Assembly: GCA_018304425.1 (NCBI GenBank)
Contig: JAGVWE010000005.1
Location: 96,001-160,000, forward strand
DNA from: Candidatus Iainarchaeum sp.
Lineage (GTDB): Archaea; Iainarchaeota; Iainarchaeia; Iainarchaeales; UBA10219
Direction of reading: 5' to 3'
Length of the DNA stretch: 64,000 nucleotides
The notes beneath the pieces were generated by a model, which was given only the letters and a program-made list of their open reading frames with translations, was not told where the DNA came from and ran no database searches. The position numbers and the translations under genes were made by a program. Shown one piece after another: positions 31,824 to 41,010 of the stretch (position 1 is its first letter; each line of letters opens with the position of its first letter).

Positions 31824-32570
31824 TTAGCCGTGAGGCTGCGCGTGCTTAACGTGCCATGCCAACAGCCGTTTTCTCTTTTCCCGGCGACGCCATTGGACAA
31901 TGCGTGCCTCCAGGCGCTGACGGGCGGGCGAAAGCCTCCGAACAACCGGTAGCCTCCACCCTTTCATGGGGGCAAAGCGGTCGATGAACCGGAAGCGTGC
32001 CCGCGGAATCGGGAACACGTCGCGGATGCGGGTGAGATGCCCGGGATGCATGACTACCATATCCTTAGGTCGCGCCTTCAACCAAAGCAGGTGACGCCAT
32101 TGCCTTTCCCGCACGAGGCTCATCATATAGTAGAGCGCTTCATCCTCTTTTCCCCGGACTGGTGTGTCATGCGGAATCCTGAGTAACCGGGCGAGCGCGC
32201 CTTCGTCTTGATAGGCTTTTAGGTTCTCGGTGACGTTCATCGTACTCCGCTTGTCCAGGGGAATGATACGAATCCGTCGGGCATCCAGCCATTTCACGAG
32301 CTGTAGATAGCTACCCGTTTCACAGTATGCCAGCCAGTCCGCATGCGTCTTGCCCCTTTTATCCAATTCATGCTGCAGCATGGGAAGCCCACGATTGGCT
32401 GCCCGTAGCAACCGCAGGTCATCGGCAGTGACCTCCAAAAAGCACCTTGCACCCAATCTTGCGTAGGCACTCAAAGCGGTTTCAAACCCTTTCCCGCCCC
32501 CCTTGTCGTGACTGAACCCGAAGAACATCGGCCAGCCTCCTTTGGGTTCGGTCGGTTTTGCCGGGGCCAT
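31824..32570 (-). CDS. Arg-rich paralog 1, TraB/TIKI/ChaN-like motifs
   Basis: FGFSH..GGG, RCFLEV, IIPLD, RERQW, DMVVMHPGH; start MAPAKP chosen by alignment with neighbours. Confidence 0.7.
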   Translation of the reverse strand: MAPAKPTEPKGGWPMFFGFSHDKGGGKGFETALSAYARLGARCFLEVTADDLRLLRAANRGLPMLQHELDKRGKTHADWLAYCETGSYLQLVKWLDARRIRIIPLDKRSTMNVTENLKAYQDEGALARLLRIPHDTPVRGKEDEALYYMMSLVRERQWRHLLWLKARPKDMVVMHPGHLTRIRDVFPIPRARFRFIDRFAPMKGWRLPVVRRLSPARQRLEARIVQWRRREKRKRLLAWHVKHAQPHG

Positions 32571-32635
32571 GAACCAATTACGGCACCGATAAATAAAATG
32601 GTTCCCTTTCCCCCCAAGGCAAGGATTTTCCGTGA

Positions 32636-33259
32636 CTAACCGTGAGGCCGGACTCGTTTGAGCTTCGACTGACTTTCGCGGAATCGCGCGAGCCGGGCGG
32701 CTTTGAAGCGTGCCCTTTTTTTCAAGACCCTGCGGTCCATTTTCCTGCTTAGCCATATCCGCCAGGCCTTTGGGATCTTGTCCACGAAGATGCAGTGGCT
32801 GGGCGGCACGTGGAATCTGCGCTGGTAACGCCGGAGATGCACCGGGTGCATGACCACGAGGTCGCCCGGTGCCGCCTCGGCGAGGATTGTGTGGCGCCAA
32901 CCTCGTTCGCGCAAAAGATCCTGGACATACGTCCGGGCATACCCCGGATTGAGCAGCTTCCGCTTCCAAAGGAACCGGGTAATGCTTTCCCTGTCCAAGG
33001 GCACGATTTTTACGCCCACCCCATGCAACCATTCCATCAATTCGAGATAGGTGGTCGGATTGGAACTGGCCGTCGCGAGGACGGCACCGCCAGCGTTGTA
33101 CAGCTCAGCGTCCCGCTTCCTCACCTCGAGGAAACAACGCACGCCGGGCCGAATGAACGGCGCCAGCCTTTCCTTCATCCCCTTTCCTCCCCCCTCCCAG
33201 TGATCGATTCCGAAATAATTCGGTTCGCCCTTGGGTTCACGGGTTTTCGGTGCCGACAT
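32636..33259 (-). CDS. Arg-rich paralog 2, TraB/TIKI/ChaN-like motifs
   Basis: FGIDH..GGG, RCFLEV, IVPLD, RERGW, DLVVMHPVH. Confidence 0.7.
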   Translation of the reverse strand: MSAPKTREPKGEPNYFGIDHWEGGGKGMKERLAPFIRPGVRCFLEVRKRDAELYNAGGAVLATASSNPTTYLELMEWLHGVGVKIVPLDRESITRFLWKRKLLNPGYARTYVQDLLRERGWRHTILAEAAPGDLVVMHPVHLRRYQRRFHVPPSHCIFVDKIPKAWRIWLSRKMDRRVLKKRARFKAARLARFRESQSKLKRVRPHG

Positions 33260-33321
33260 GAAATAATCACGCAGCCGGACAATTTAATCGTTCCGCTCGC
33301 AGCCAGTCAGCAGCCGTAGGA

Positions 33322-34062
33322 CTACTTGCCACGCCAGCGTCTGAAGCGGTTTGCCACGGCATTGAAGGGCGCCCAAACACGGGAACGTCTCGGCTGGGGC
33401 CGCGCTTCCTCAGGCTGTGGTCTCGCTCGGGGTCGCCGTTCCCGCGTCCGCCGCACCAGCGCGCGGCGCGCAAGCAGTTCGGCTTCGCCTCGGAGGCCGC
33501 GCCCGACGACTGCCCGGTCGGGTTCGTGAATCCAGTGCAGGCGTTCCTCCGGCAGGTGCATCCGCAGCTTGAGGCGATAAACGTGGTTGGGGTGCGCGAC
33601 CACGAAATCCACTTGCTCTGCTTCCCGCATCAGGCGCCCGACCCAAGACCTTTCCCGGTGCGTGACAGTGAGCAGCTCGTGCAAGTCGGGCGAGGCCTTG
33701 TCTCCCAAGCGGTGCCGGATGTTGAGCAACGAATTGCGTTCCAAGGGGATGACCGTTACATCCCGGGAGGCCAGGACGCCGAAGACGCGATCATACAGTC
33801 TAGCATTCTTCATTATTTCCCTGCGGTGCCGCTCGAAGTAGGCCTGGTTTTCCCGGAAAGCCTTTGACGCTGCCGGCGTGGACGGCATCCAATACTTTTT
33901 TTCGAGCACGTACAACAGCAGGGGGTCGATTTCCATGAAGCAACGCCCGCCAGCAGCAGCGGCTTCGCGCAGGGCTTGATTGAGGCCCATGCCGCCCCGC
34001 GCCCGGTGGTCGAGGGCAATGAAGAGCGGAATGCCGTTCTTGAACTCGCGCGTGCGCGCCAT
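33322..34062 (-). CDS. Arg-rich paralog 3, TraB/TIKI/ChaN-like motifs
   Basis: IALDH..RGG, RCFMEI, VIPLE, RERSW, DFVVAHPNH. Confidence 0.7.
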   Translation of the reverse strand: MARTREFKNGIPLFIALDHRARGGMGLNQALREAAAAGGRCFMEIDPLLLYVLEKKYWMPSTPAASKAFRENQAYFERHRREIMKNARLYDRVFGVLASRDVTVIPLERNSLLNIRHRLGDKASPDLHELLTVTHRERSWVGRLMREAEQVDFVVAHPNHVYRLKLRMHLPEERLHWIHEPDRAVVGRGLRGEAELLARRALVRRTRERRPRARPQPEEARPQPRRSRVWAPFNAVANRFRRWRGK

Positions 34063-34155
34063 GCAATATTCCACGCATTCGGCAAATATAATCGTTTTGC
34101 CTGGCTAAAACGATACCTATATAAACCTCTTCGACGTCAATCTATCAAGATTTTT

Positions 34156-34575
34156 ATGAACGCATTCAAAGCAGCAATCGCACTCTTGATTGTGGGATTG
34201 GTTGTCTTAAGTGGATGCGCCCAGCAGGCGCCCAAGGCACCCGTGACCGAAGAGCCAGTCGCTCCAGTGGTCGAGGAACCCCAGCAGCCAACTGTTGAGG
34301 AGCCTACAGCACCTGTCGTAGAAGAACCCATGGGGCCATCAGCTTCGACCGTGCAGCCGCCCGCCGTTCCGGCAGGACAGCCAGCCATCCAAGCACCTGA
34401 GACTCCCTTGGGAACCTATACCGGGCCAACACCGCAGACAACTTCTACCAAGAACGCGAGCATGTGGGACTGCATCAAGCAGAAGCTTAGCAGCCGGTTC
34501 CCCGATGCCGCGCCCGGGACTATCCCTGACGAAGAGGTAGTCAAGGCCAACAGAGAGTGCGTCGGCTACCAGTAA
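34156..34575 (+). CDS. Pro/Glu-rich lipoprotein-like secreted protein
   Basis: LSGC lipobox, repeated (P)VVEEP units, two C-terminal Cys. Confidence 0.7.
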   Translation: MNAFKAAIALLIVGLVVLSGCAQQAPKAPVTEEPVAPVVEEPQQPTVEEPTAPVVEEPMGPSASTVQPPAVPAGQPAIQAPETPLGTYTGPTPQTTSTKNASMWDCIKQKLSSRFPDAAPGTIPDEEVVKANRECVGYQ

Positions 34576-34756
34576 AAACACTGAAAGACGGCGCACCGTT
34601 TTTCTACTTCTTTTCTTTTAATTTCGGGCAGGCCTCGCCAGGCCTCCAAGCCCGGCACCTGTCGGCCAGGCAACTTTTTCCCGCATCCCTGCTTCGAAAA
34701 GTAAACTAACAAATTCTTTATAGTGGGGGCGTGTAAGGCATACGAGGGGTGAAAGA

Positions 34757-34858
34757 ATGAACCTTCACACGCTGCGGCGAAGAAGAGAAGAATACCAGTC
34801 AAGCGCTTTTGAAAAAGAAGGGGTTTTCAGGGGCATCAAGTCATTGACCAACTTTTAA
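34757..34858 (+). CDS. Candidate 33-aa small protein
   Basis: Strong SD GAGGGGTGA and an upstream TTTATA; MNLHTLRRRREEYQSSAFEKEGVFRGIKSLTNF. Confidence 0.4.
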   Translation: MNLHTLRRRREEYQSSAFEKEGVFRGIKSLTNF

Positions 34859-35059
34859 CGCCAGAACTTACGCGTATTCTATAAAACATTTGACGGCAGA
34901 AATATAGCGCAAGTTATATTCTTGTCAAATGTTTTAAACCCCATTTTACCCAATGGCGGCGGTTGAAGCCTCAAAAACTTCGGCCGCCGCCCCATACCCC
35001 CTACTTCTTTGCTTTCCCAAACACCAAGGTTTTTATTCGCCGACGTGACCAATATATGC

Positions 35060-35280
35060 GTGGGTAGCGGGTGGATGGCTGCGTCCCGAGCCCGAAAGGG
35101 CGAGGGATGAGGAAAGTCCGCCCACCTATCGAAACCAGCGCCAGAAATGGTGCCCGGGGGAACAGAAACGAGACCTGGCCGAAAGGCTGGGATGAAACGC
35201 GCTCCCGGTTGGGTGCAACCCGAAAGGGGCTCAGGCGAATGCCATCTAAAACAGAAGGCGGCTTACGGCCCGCTGCCCAC
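35060..35280 (+). ncRNA. rnpB: RNase P RNA
   Basis: GAGGAAAGTCCGCC and AACAGAAGGCGGCTTA P4 signatures; P1 GTGGGTAGCGGG/CCCGCTGCCCAC. Confidence 0.95.
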
Positions 35281-35340
35281 ACTTTTCTCTTAACCCCTCA
35301 CGCCAGCAACTTTAATTACTAGTTTGGCCTTATTCTCCGC

Positions 35341-36048
35341 ATGCTGAACTTGATTGTCGCCGGCACCTGCTGGCTGCTTGCAGGGGCAAGCTATTGGTGG
35401 AGCGCGCAGACCGAGAAGCGCAAGCAGGAAATCATGTCCATTCAGTCCACGAAATGCAGGGACCTCGAGCCAGGACGAAAAACAGAAGTCAAGGGCACGG
35501 TGAAAGCCCTTACTCCCCTGCCGGTGCCCGAGCGGCCCGGTGAATGCGTGTACTACCGGATTGAACGCAGGCAGGAACGCATGCACACGCGGCGCGAAGC
35601 CGACGGAAAAATCCATTCGACCCCTGAATGGGAAACCATTGAAGCGCGCACCGAGTCACGCCGGTTCCTGGTGGAAGACGAAACAGGGAGCGTACTCGTG
35701 GACTTGCAGGAGGGTGCGGAAGTCGACGCGCCCCTGGTGGTGGACAAGAACGAGCAAAGCCCGGGCAACACCCTCTCTGCAGGCGGGTTCCGTTTGTCGC
35801 TGGGCGGCGGCAAGCCAACAACCACTAGGGTGTGGGCCCTGGTCCCAGGCCAACCCGTTTACGTCCTGGGCCAGGCGGAAAGCGAGGGCAGCCGGGTGGT
35901 GTTGAAGTCCGGCGAGCAAAAACTCGTCGTTTCCTACAAGTCCGAAGAGGAACTGCTTCGGGGCGCGCAACGCGATGCCTCGTTCGGCAAAGTCATTGCG
36001 GCCGCCCTGCTGGCGGCGGGCGCTGCGGCGTTCTTCCTGATTAAGTAG
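35341..36048 (+). CDS. GIDE-domain-like membrane protein
   Basis: TM-soluble-TM layout; EVKG..CVYY..W.T..F.VEDETGSVLVD..G..VYVLG..SEEEL. Confidence 0.7.
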   Translation: MLNLIVAGTCWLLAGASYWWSAQTEKRKQEIMSIQSTKCRDLEPGRKTEVKGTVKALTPLPVPERPGECVYYRIERRQERMHTRREADGKIHSTPEWETIEARTESRRFLVEDETGSVLVDLQEGAEVDAPLVVDKNEQSPGNTLSAGGFRLSLGGGKPTTTRVWALVPGQPVYVLGQAESEGSRVVLKSGEQKLVVSYKSEEELLRGAQRDASFGKVIAAALLAAGAAAFFLIK

Positions 36049-36085
36049 GACGGTATTTATTCTTTTCTTCGCTTGTTTTGGGTAC

Positions 36086-38635
36086 ATGAAACCGGATAAG
36101 CAGGTTAAGGAGGAATTCCGCAAGGCCTGCCAGCGGGAGCCGGAAAAGCATTATCCCGTGGCAAAGCTCCGGGAGCTCGGCCTTTCCCGCGGCACGTGCG
36201 AGAAGTGCGGCAAGAACTACTGGGCGGTGGACGCCACGCGGAAAGTGTGTGGGGATGCGGCCTGCCAGGGAGGCTTCACCTTCATCGGGAACAGCCCGGC
36301 GAAGAAGCAGTTCGATTACCTGGAGGCCTGGAAGGCCTTCGAAAAGCATTTCGTCGACCTGGGCTACAAGTCCCTGCCCCGCAAGCCGGTGGTCGCGCGC
36401 TGGCGCGAGGACGTTTACTGGGTGGGGGCCAGCGTGTACGGCTTCCAGCCCTACGTGGTTTCGGGGGAGATAAAGCCGCCCGCGCGCGCGGTCATCATCC
36501 CCCAGCTCTCCCTGCGCTTCAACGACATCGATAACGTGGGGATTACGGGCTCGCACTACGTGTGCTTTGACATGCTGGGCCAGCTGCACTTCGAGAAAAA
36601 GCAGGACTACGACATGCCCCGCTACCTGGAGGAGTACTTCAATTGGATTCACAAGGGCATGGGGGTGCCGAAGGAGGAGCTCATCCTGCACGAGGACGCC
36701 TGGGCGGGTGGGGGAACCTTTGGGCCCTGCATCGAGTTCTTTTCCCGGGGCTGCGAGATGGGCAACCAGGTGTACATGCAGTATCGTGCCACGGAGACCG
36801 GCAGCGAGGAGTTGGACATCAAGGTGCTGGACATGGGCCAGGGCCACGAGCGGATTCCGTGGTTCACGCAGGGCAAGAGCACGAGCTATGAAACCACGTT
36901 CCCAACGGTGGTCAAGAAGTTGAAGGGCCTCACAGGCGTCAAGGCCGACGAGAAACTCGTGCAGCGGTTCCTGCCCTATTCGGCTTACCTGAACGTCGAC
37001 GAAGTCGAGGACATCGGCAAGACCTGGGCCTTCGTAGCCCGGCAACTGGGATTGGAGGCAAACGCGTTAAAGGGGCAAATCCTGCCCCTGGCCGCCCTCT
37101 ACAGCGTGGCCGAGCACTCGCGCGCGGCCCTGGTCGCCCTACATGATGGGGCCTTGCCCAGTAACGTGGGCGGCGGCTACAATTTGCGGGTCATCATCCG
37201 CCGCGCGCTGGACTTCATCCAAAGGTATGGGTGGAAGCTGGACTTCGCCGAGGCCGCGGCCTGGCATTCCGCGTACTTGAAGCCCCTCTACCCGGAACTG
37301 GACGAGGGCATTGACGAGGTGCAGGAAATCCTGGAAGCCGAGGAAAAGCGGTATGCCGAGACGCGGGAGCGCGCGCACCAAATCATTCAAAAGGAGCTGG
37401 GGAAGGGCGTGTCAGCGGAGCAACTCATTGAATGGTATGACTCGCAGGGGATCAGCCCGGAACTCGTGCAGGAAGAGGCCGCGAAGGCGGGCAAGGAAGT
37501 GAGGGTCCCGGAGGACTTCTTTGCACGCGTGGCAGAAAGGCATGAGCAGGCCGAGCAAAAAACACAGACCAAGAAGGTCCAGCGTGTCCGGTTACCGGAG
37601 GGGTTGCCGGAGACCCGGGTGCTTTACTATAATGCGTGGAAGACGAACGAGTTTTCGGGCAAGGTGCTGGCAGCCGTGGGGCGGATGGTGGTCTTGGACC
37701 AGACCGGGTTCTATCCCACCTCGGGGGGACAGGTGCATGACCTGGGCTCCTTGGAAGGGGTTCCGGTCGTGGAGGCGTTCAAGCAGGACGGGAAAATCGT
37801 GCACGTGCTGGCGGAGGAACCGGCTTTTCGCGCGGGCCAGGCGGTTACCTGCAAAATCGACTTCGAGCGGCGGAAGCAGCTCTCCCAGCACCACACGGGC
37901 GCGCACCTCCTCAATGGGGTGTGCCGGCTTATTTTTGGCAGCCACTGTTGGCAGGCGGGCGCGGCCAAAACCCCGGAAAAAGCGCGGCTGGACATCACCC
38001 ATTTTGAGGCCCTCTCGGACGAGCAGTTGAAGGAAATCGAGGCAAGGGCCAACGAATTCATCAAAAAGGGCGTGCGGGTGGAGAAGCTGCTGGTGCCCCG
38101 CGAGGAGGCCGAGGAAAGGTTTGGCATGCGGATTTACCAGGGTGGCTTCATTCCGGGGAAGCTATTGCGCATCGTGAAAATAGGGGACTTGGATGTCGAA
38201 GCCTGTGGGGGCACGCACTTGGACAATACGTCGGAAATCGAGTGCCTTAAAGTCTTGAACGCTTCCCGCATCCAGGACGGAGTGGTGCGCCTGAACTTTG
38301 TTTGCGGCAACGCGGCGAGGATGACAGGGCAAGGGGAAGCCGGTGCCTTGGGGGAAGCAGCGCGGTTGCTGGGCTGCCGGCCCGGGCAGGTGCCTGGCAG
38401 GGCGCGGGAGCTGTTCGAGAAGTGGAAGGCCGCTAGGAAGCTGGAGAAAAAGGGCGGCGAGGCCAAAAAGGAGTGGTTCGAGTTGATGAGCGACGAGGAG
38501 CGGGGGCTGGAGGCAGGAGAATTATTAAGGGAGGCCGCCGTAATACTTAGCACGCAGCCCGAGCACGTGGGGAAGACCGTGAAACGGTTCCTGGATGACT
38601 TGGCGGGTTGGAAGAAAAAAGGGGGGGCGATTTGA
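36086..38635 (+). CDS. alaS: Alanyl-tRNA synthetase (archaeal type)
   Basis: N-terminal Zn finger, VVARWR, RFNDIDNVG.TG.H, WAGGG..GP, editing HHTGAH/CGGTH. Confidence 0.96.
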   Translation: MKPDKQVKEEFRKACQREPEKHYPVAKLRELGLSRGTCEKCGKNYWAVDATRKVCGDAACQGGFTFIGNSPAKKQFDYLEAWKAFEKHFVDLGYKSLPRKPVVARWREDVYWVGASVYGFQPYVVSGEIKPPARAVIIPQLSLRFNDIDNVGITGSHYVCFDMLGQLHFEKKQDYDMPRYLEEYFNWIHKGMGVPKEELILHEDAWAGGGTFGPCIEFFSRGCEMGNQVYMQYRATETGSEELDIKVLDMGQGHERIPWFTQGKSTSYETTFPTVVKKLKGLTGVKADEKLVQRFLPYSAYLNVDEVEDIGKTWAFVARQLGLEANALKGQILPLAALYSVAEHSRAALVALHDGALPSNVGGGYNLRVIIRRALDFIQRYGWKLDFAEAAAWHSAYLKPLYPELDEGIDEVQEILEAEEKRYAETRERAHQIIQKELGKGVSAEQLIEWYDSQGISPELVQEEAAKAGKEVRVPEDFFARVAERHEQAEQKTQTKKVQRVRLPEGLPETRVLYYNAWKTNEFSGKVLAAVGRMVVLDQTGFYPTSGGQVHDLGSLEGVPVVEAFKQDGKIVHVLAEEPAFRAGQAVTCKIDFERRKQLSQHHTGAHLLNGVCRLIFGSHCWQAGAAKTPEKARLDITHFEALSDEQLKEIEARANEFIKKGVRVEKLLVPREEAEERFGMRIYQGGFIPGKLLRIVKIGDLDVEACGGTHLDNTSEIECLKVLNASRIQDGVVRLNFVCGNAARMTGQGEAGALGEAARLLGCRPGQVPGRARELFEKWKAARKLEKKGGEAKKEWFELMSDEERGLEAGELLREAAVILSTQPEHVGKTVKRFLDDLAGWKKKGGAI

Positions 38636-38636
38636 A

Positions 38637-38822
38637 ATGAATTCGGCCATCATCGCGTTACTTGTTTTAGCGCTGTTGTTTTCCGGGTGCAATGCCTTGG
38701 AGCGCACGTGCGGGAACGGGGCCTGCGATGGCTGGGAGAACGGCCAGTCCTGTCCCAAGGACTGCAAACCCTTGTCGGAAAAAGAGTTGGTTGGGAGTGC
38801 GGAGGCCAACGCGAATGGATAG
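38637..38822 (+). CDS. Small Cys-rich lipoprotein
   Basis: FSGC lipobox, CGNGACD..EN..SCPKDC. Confidence 0.65.
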   Translation: MNSAIIALLVLALLFSGCNALERTCGNGACDGWENGQSCPKDCKPLSEKELVGSAEANANG

Positions 38823-40239
38823 GGCCTTGCTGGCTGGTTTGGTTGGCTTGCTGGTGCTGGGGTTGAGCGGCTGCGCCCAGAAAGCAATTGAAGAACGGGT
38901 GTGGGTGGAGTTGGAGCCCGTGCAATGCCAGGGAAACCCCTGGGAACCGGTTGGAAAAGAGTTTTCAGGGGAAGCCGACGCCCTCAAAGCCTATTACCAG
39001 GCACGAGGTGTTGAGATTTATGACTACCAGTACGTGGAGCGCACCCTGAACACGTGCACGGCTTGTGCTTGTCCGCGGGGAGACAAATACCGGTTGCTGG
39101 TGGACGCAAAAAACAGGGATGCCGTGTTCTTTTGGCCCAAGAAAGCCACGGAAAAGGCGGGCGTGTTTTTCGAGGCCAGCGTGAAGCCTGAAAAAGTGGA
39201 TGCTGGCAGCGAGGTCCTGGTCCAGCTCCGGAACAACTCCATGAAGCCGGTTTACTTCGGGGGCTGCAATGATTATGCCGTGGAGTCCCTGGTTGAAGGC
39301 CAGTGGAGGGAACTGCCCAAGTTCGTCAAGCAATGCGGATGGGAGGGGCTTCCAAAGAAGGCGGAGGGCCAGAATTTCCTGGAATGGACCGAGAACCGGG
39401 TGGACATTCCCGGCAGGCACCGGCTTGTCTTCCAACTGGGCCTAGATTGCCTGGAGCAAAGGCCGCTGAGTGAAGCAAACTGCCGGATTCGCATTCCCCT
39501 GCGCTCCAATGAGTTCACGGTGAACCCGTTGCAGGAAATCCCGGAATCGCAGCTCAGGGCCTGCAGCACCTCCGCGGAGTGCGTGAAAGCCGTGGAAGGC
39601 TGTTGTGACTGTGCCAACGGGGGCCGGAATACGGCCATCAACCGGAAATTTTTGTCTCCCTGGCTGAAGAAACGGGAAGCAGGGTGCCTGACCGTGATGT
39701 GTCCAACGGTTTTGTCGACTGACCCCAGTTGCAGCGAAACGCATTCACCCCAATGCGTGGAAGGAACGTGCCAATTGACCGCCAAGGCCGTGGATGTAGT
39801 GGCGGCTGCCAGGACCCGGTTCAAGCGGCTGGCGTCAGGGCCATTTTCGCGGGCGGGAACGGAAGTGGAAGTGCACAGGGGCAAGGAATCCTTCCAAGGG
39901 CTTTGGGAGAATACGTACGCCCAGTTAGCGCCCAAACCGGATTTGCCGGCCGTTGACTTCAATGCCAGCATGGTGGTGGGCCTGTACATGCAGCGGATTA
40001 CGGGAAGCCCCTATCTCGTCAAGGTGGAACGCGTGGAAGAAACCGATACTGCCCTGATTATATGGTACTCGAAGCGGTATGCCACGCCCGTGGAAATCCG
40101 GAACATCGTGGAATTCGCGCCCTATGAGTTGATTGAGGTGCCGCAGAGCGCGAAAAACGTGGAAATGCAAGTACTTTCCTCGGCCAGCGGGGAGGATGCC
40201 AACGCCTTGGAGCGGAGAGGCGTCAGGCAGTCGGGGTGA
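38815..40239 (+). CDS. Multidomain Cys-rich lipoprotein with PrcB-C-like terminal domain
   Basis: LSGC lipobox; CTACAC, Ig-like segment, CCDC..GG..AIN, P.VDF...VV..PY..I.VP. Confidence 0.7.
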   Translation: MDRALLAGLVGLLVLGLSGCAQKAIEERVWVELEPVQCQGNPWEPVGKEFSGEADALKAYYQARGVEIYDYQYVERTLNTCTACACPRGDKYRLLVDAKNRDAVFFWPKKATEKAGVFFEASVKPEKVDAGSEVLVQLRNNSMKPVYFGGCNDYAVESLVEGQWRELPKFVKQCGWEGLPKKAEGQNFLEWTENRVDIPGRHRLVFQLGLDCLEQRPLSEANCRIRIPLRSNEFTVNPLQEIPESQLRACSTSAECVKAVEGCCDCANGGRNTAINRKFLSPWLKKREAGCLTVMCPTVLSTDPSCSETHSPQCVEGTCQLTAKAVDVVAAARTRFKRLASGPFSRAGTEVEVHRGKESFQGLWENTYAQLAPKPDLPAVDFNASMVVGLYMQRITGSPYLVKVERVEETDTALIIWYSKRYATPVEIRNIVEFAPYELIEVPQSAKNVEMQVLSSASGEDANALERRGVRQSG

Positions 40240-40964
40240 AGCACATGCAGGACCCATCTCTGGGAGAAGCACTTGAAGAGCTCAGGACCACCGCTTTATT
40301 CCACATACGGGACGTGTTGAAGCGAGGCAACCTCTCCGAGGCGCAGCGGCTGGCGTGGAAGACCATGCAGCGAAACATTGCGCGCGTGGCCATCGGCGTG
40401 GAGCCCGGGCAAGAGTCCTTGTTCGATGGCCTGGGCTACCGCGTGCAAGGCGAGCACGTGACGCAGATTGCGGGCAACGGGGAACTGCGCGAAGAAATCC
40501 GGTTGCCCAAGGCCTTTCTTTTCCAGCGGGGGCGGCTCACCCTGCAAGGCATTACCACGTTGTTCCACGAGTGGGCACACAACCCGCTGCGGTTTCCCGG
40601 CCTGGGAAACCGCCAGGTCCGTGAGATGGTGGAAGAGCAACTGGCGGATGCCCTGGCCATCAATTTGGGCATCAAGATGGGGTTTCCGCCAAGGGCCTTG
40701 TTCAGGCACCTGGTCGGCCGGATGCCCTTCATCGGGGGAATGGCTTACCGGCGTTACCTGCGGTTGGTGGAAAACTATGCCGGCGAAAAATTCAGGAAAG
40801 TCGAGCGGTTGGCAGCCCTGCAAAGCCTGGCGCGTAGGAGGCAATTCGCGTTGGCTTGGGCGCGCGCCCACCAGCGCCGGCCGGCCGCTGCCTTTTCACC
40901 GGTGCTGAAAATGTTATCCGGTCCTCAGGCAAGGCCGGCAAAAAAACGCCCGCTGATGGCATAA
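40236..40964 (+). CDS. Arg-rich hypothetical protein with HExxH zincin motif
   Basis: LFHEWAH followed by EEQLAD; basic C-terminal tail. Confidence 0.6.
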   Translation: MKHMQDPSLGEALEELRTTALFHIRDVLKRGNLSEAQRLAWKTMQRNIARVAIGVEPGQESLFDGLGYRVQGEHVTQIAGNGELREEIRLPKAFLFQRGRLTLQGITTLFHEWAHNPLRFPGLGNRQVREMVEEQLADALAINLGIKMGFPPRALFRHLVGRMPFIGGMAYRRYLRLVENYAGEKFRKVERLAALQSLARRRQFALAWARAHQRRPAAAFSPVLKMLSGPQARPAKKRPLMA

Positions 40965-41010
40965 AAACGTTTATAAAGCGATTTTAGGCTAATGGTGATG
41001 AAGGGATTCC

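Noticed and set aside
32571-33032. N-terminal extension of the 402-aa ORF (likewise the folC extension 8904-9188)
   Set aside because: Overlaps the neighbouring real gene; homology starts at the downstream Met
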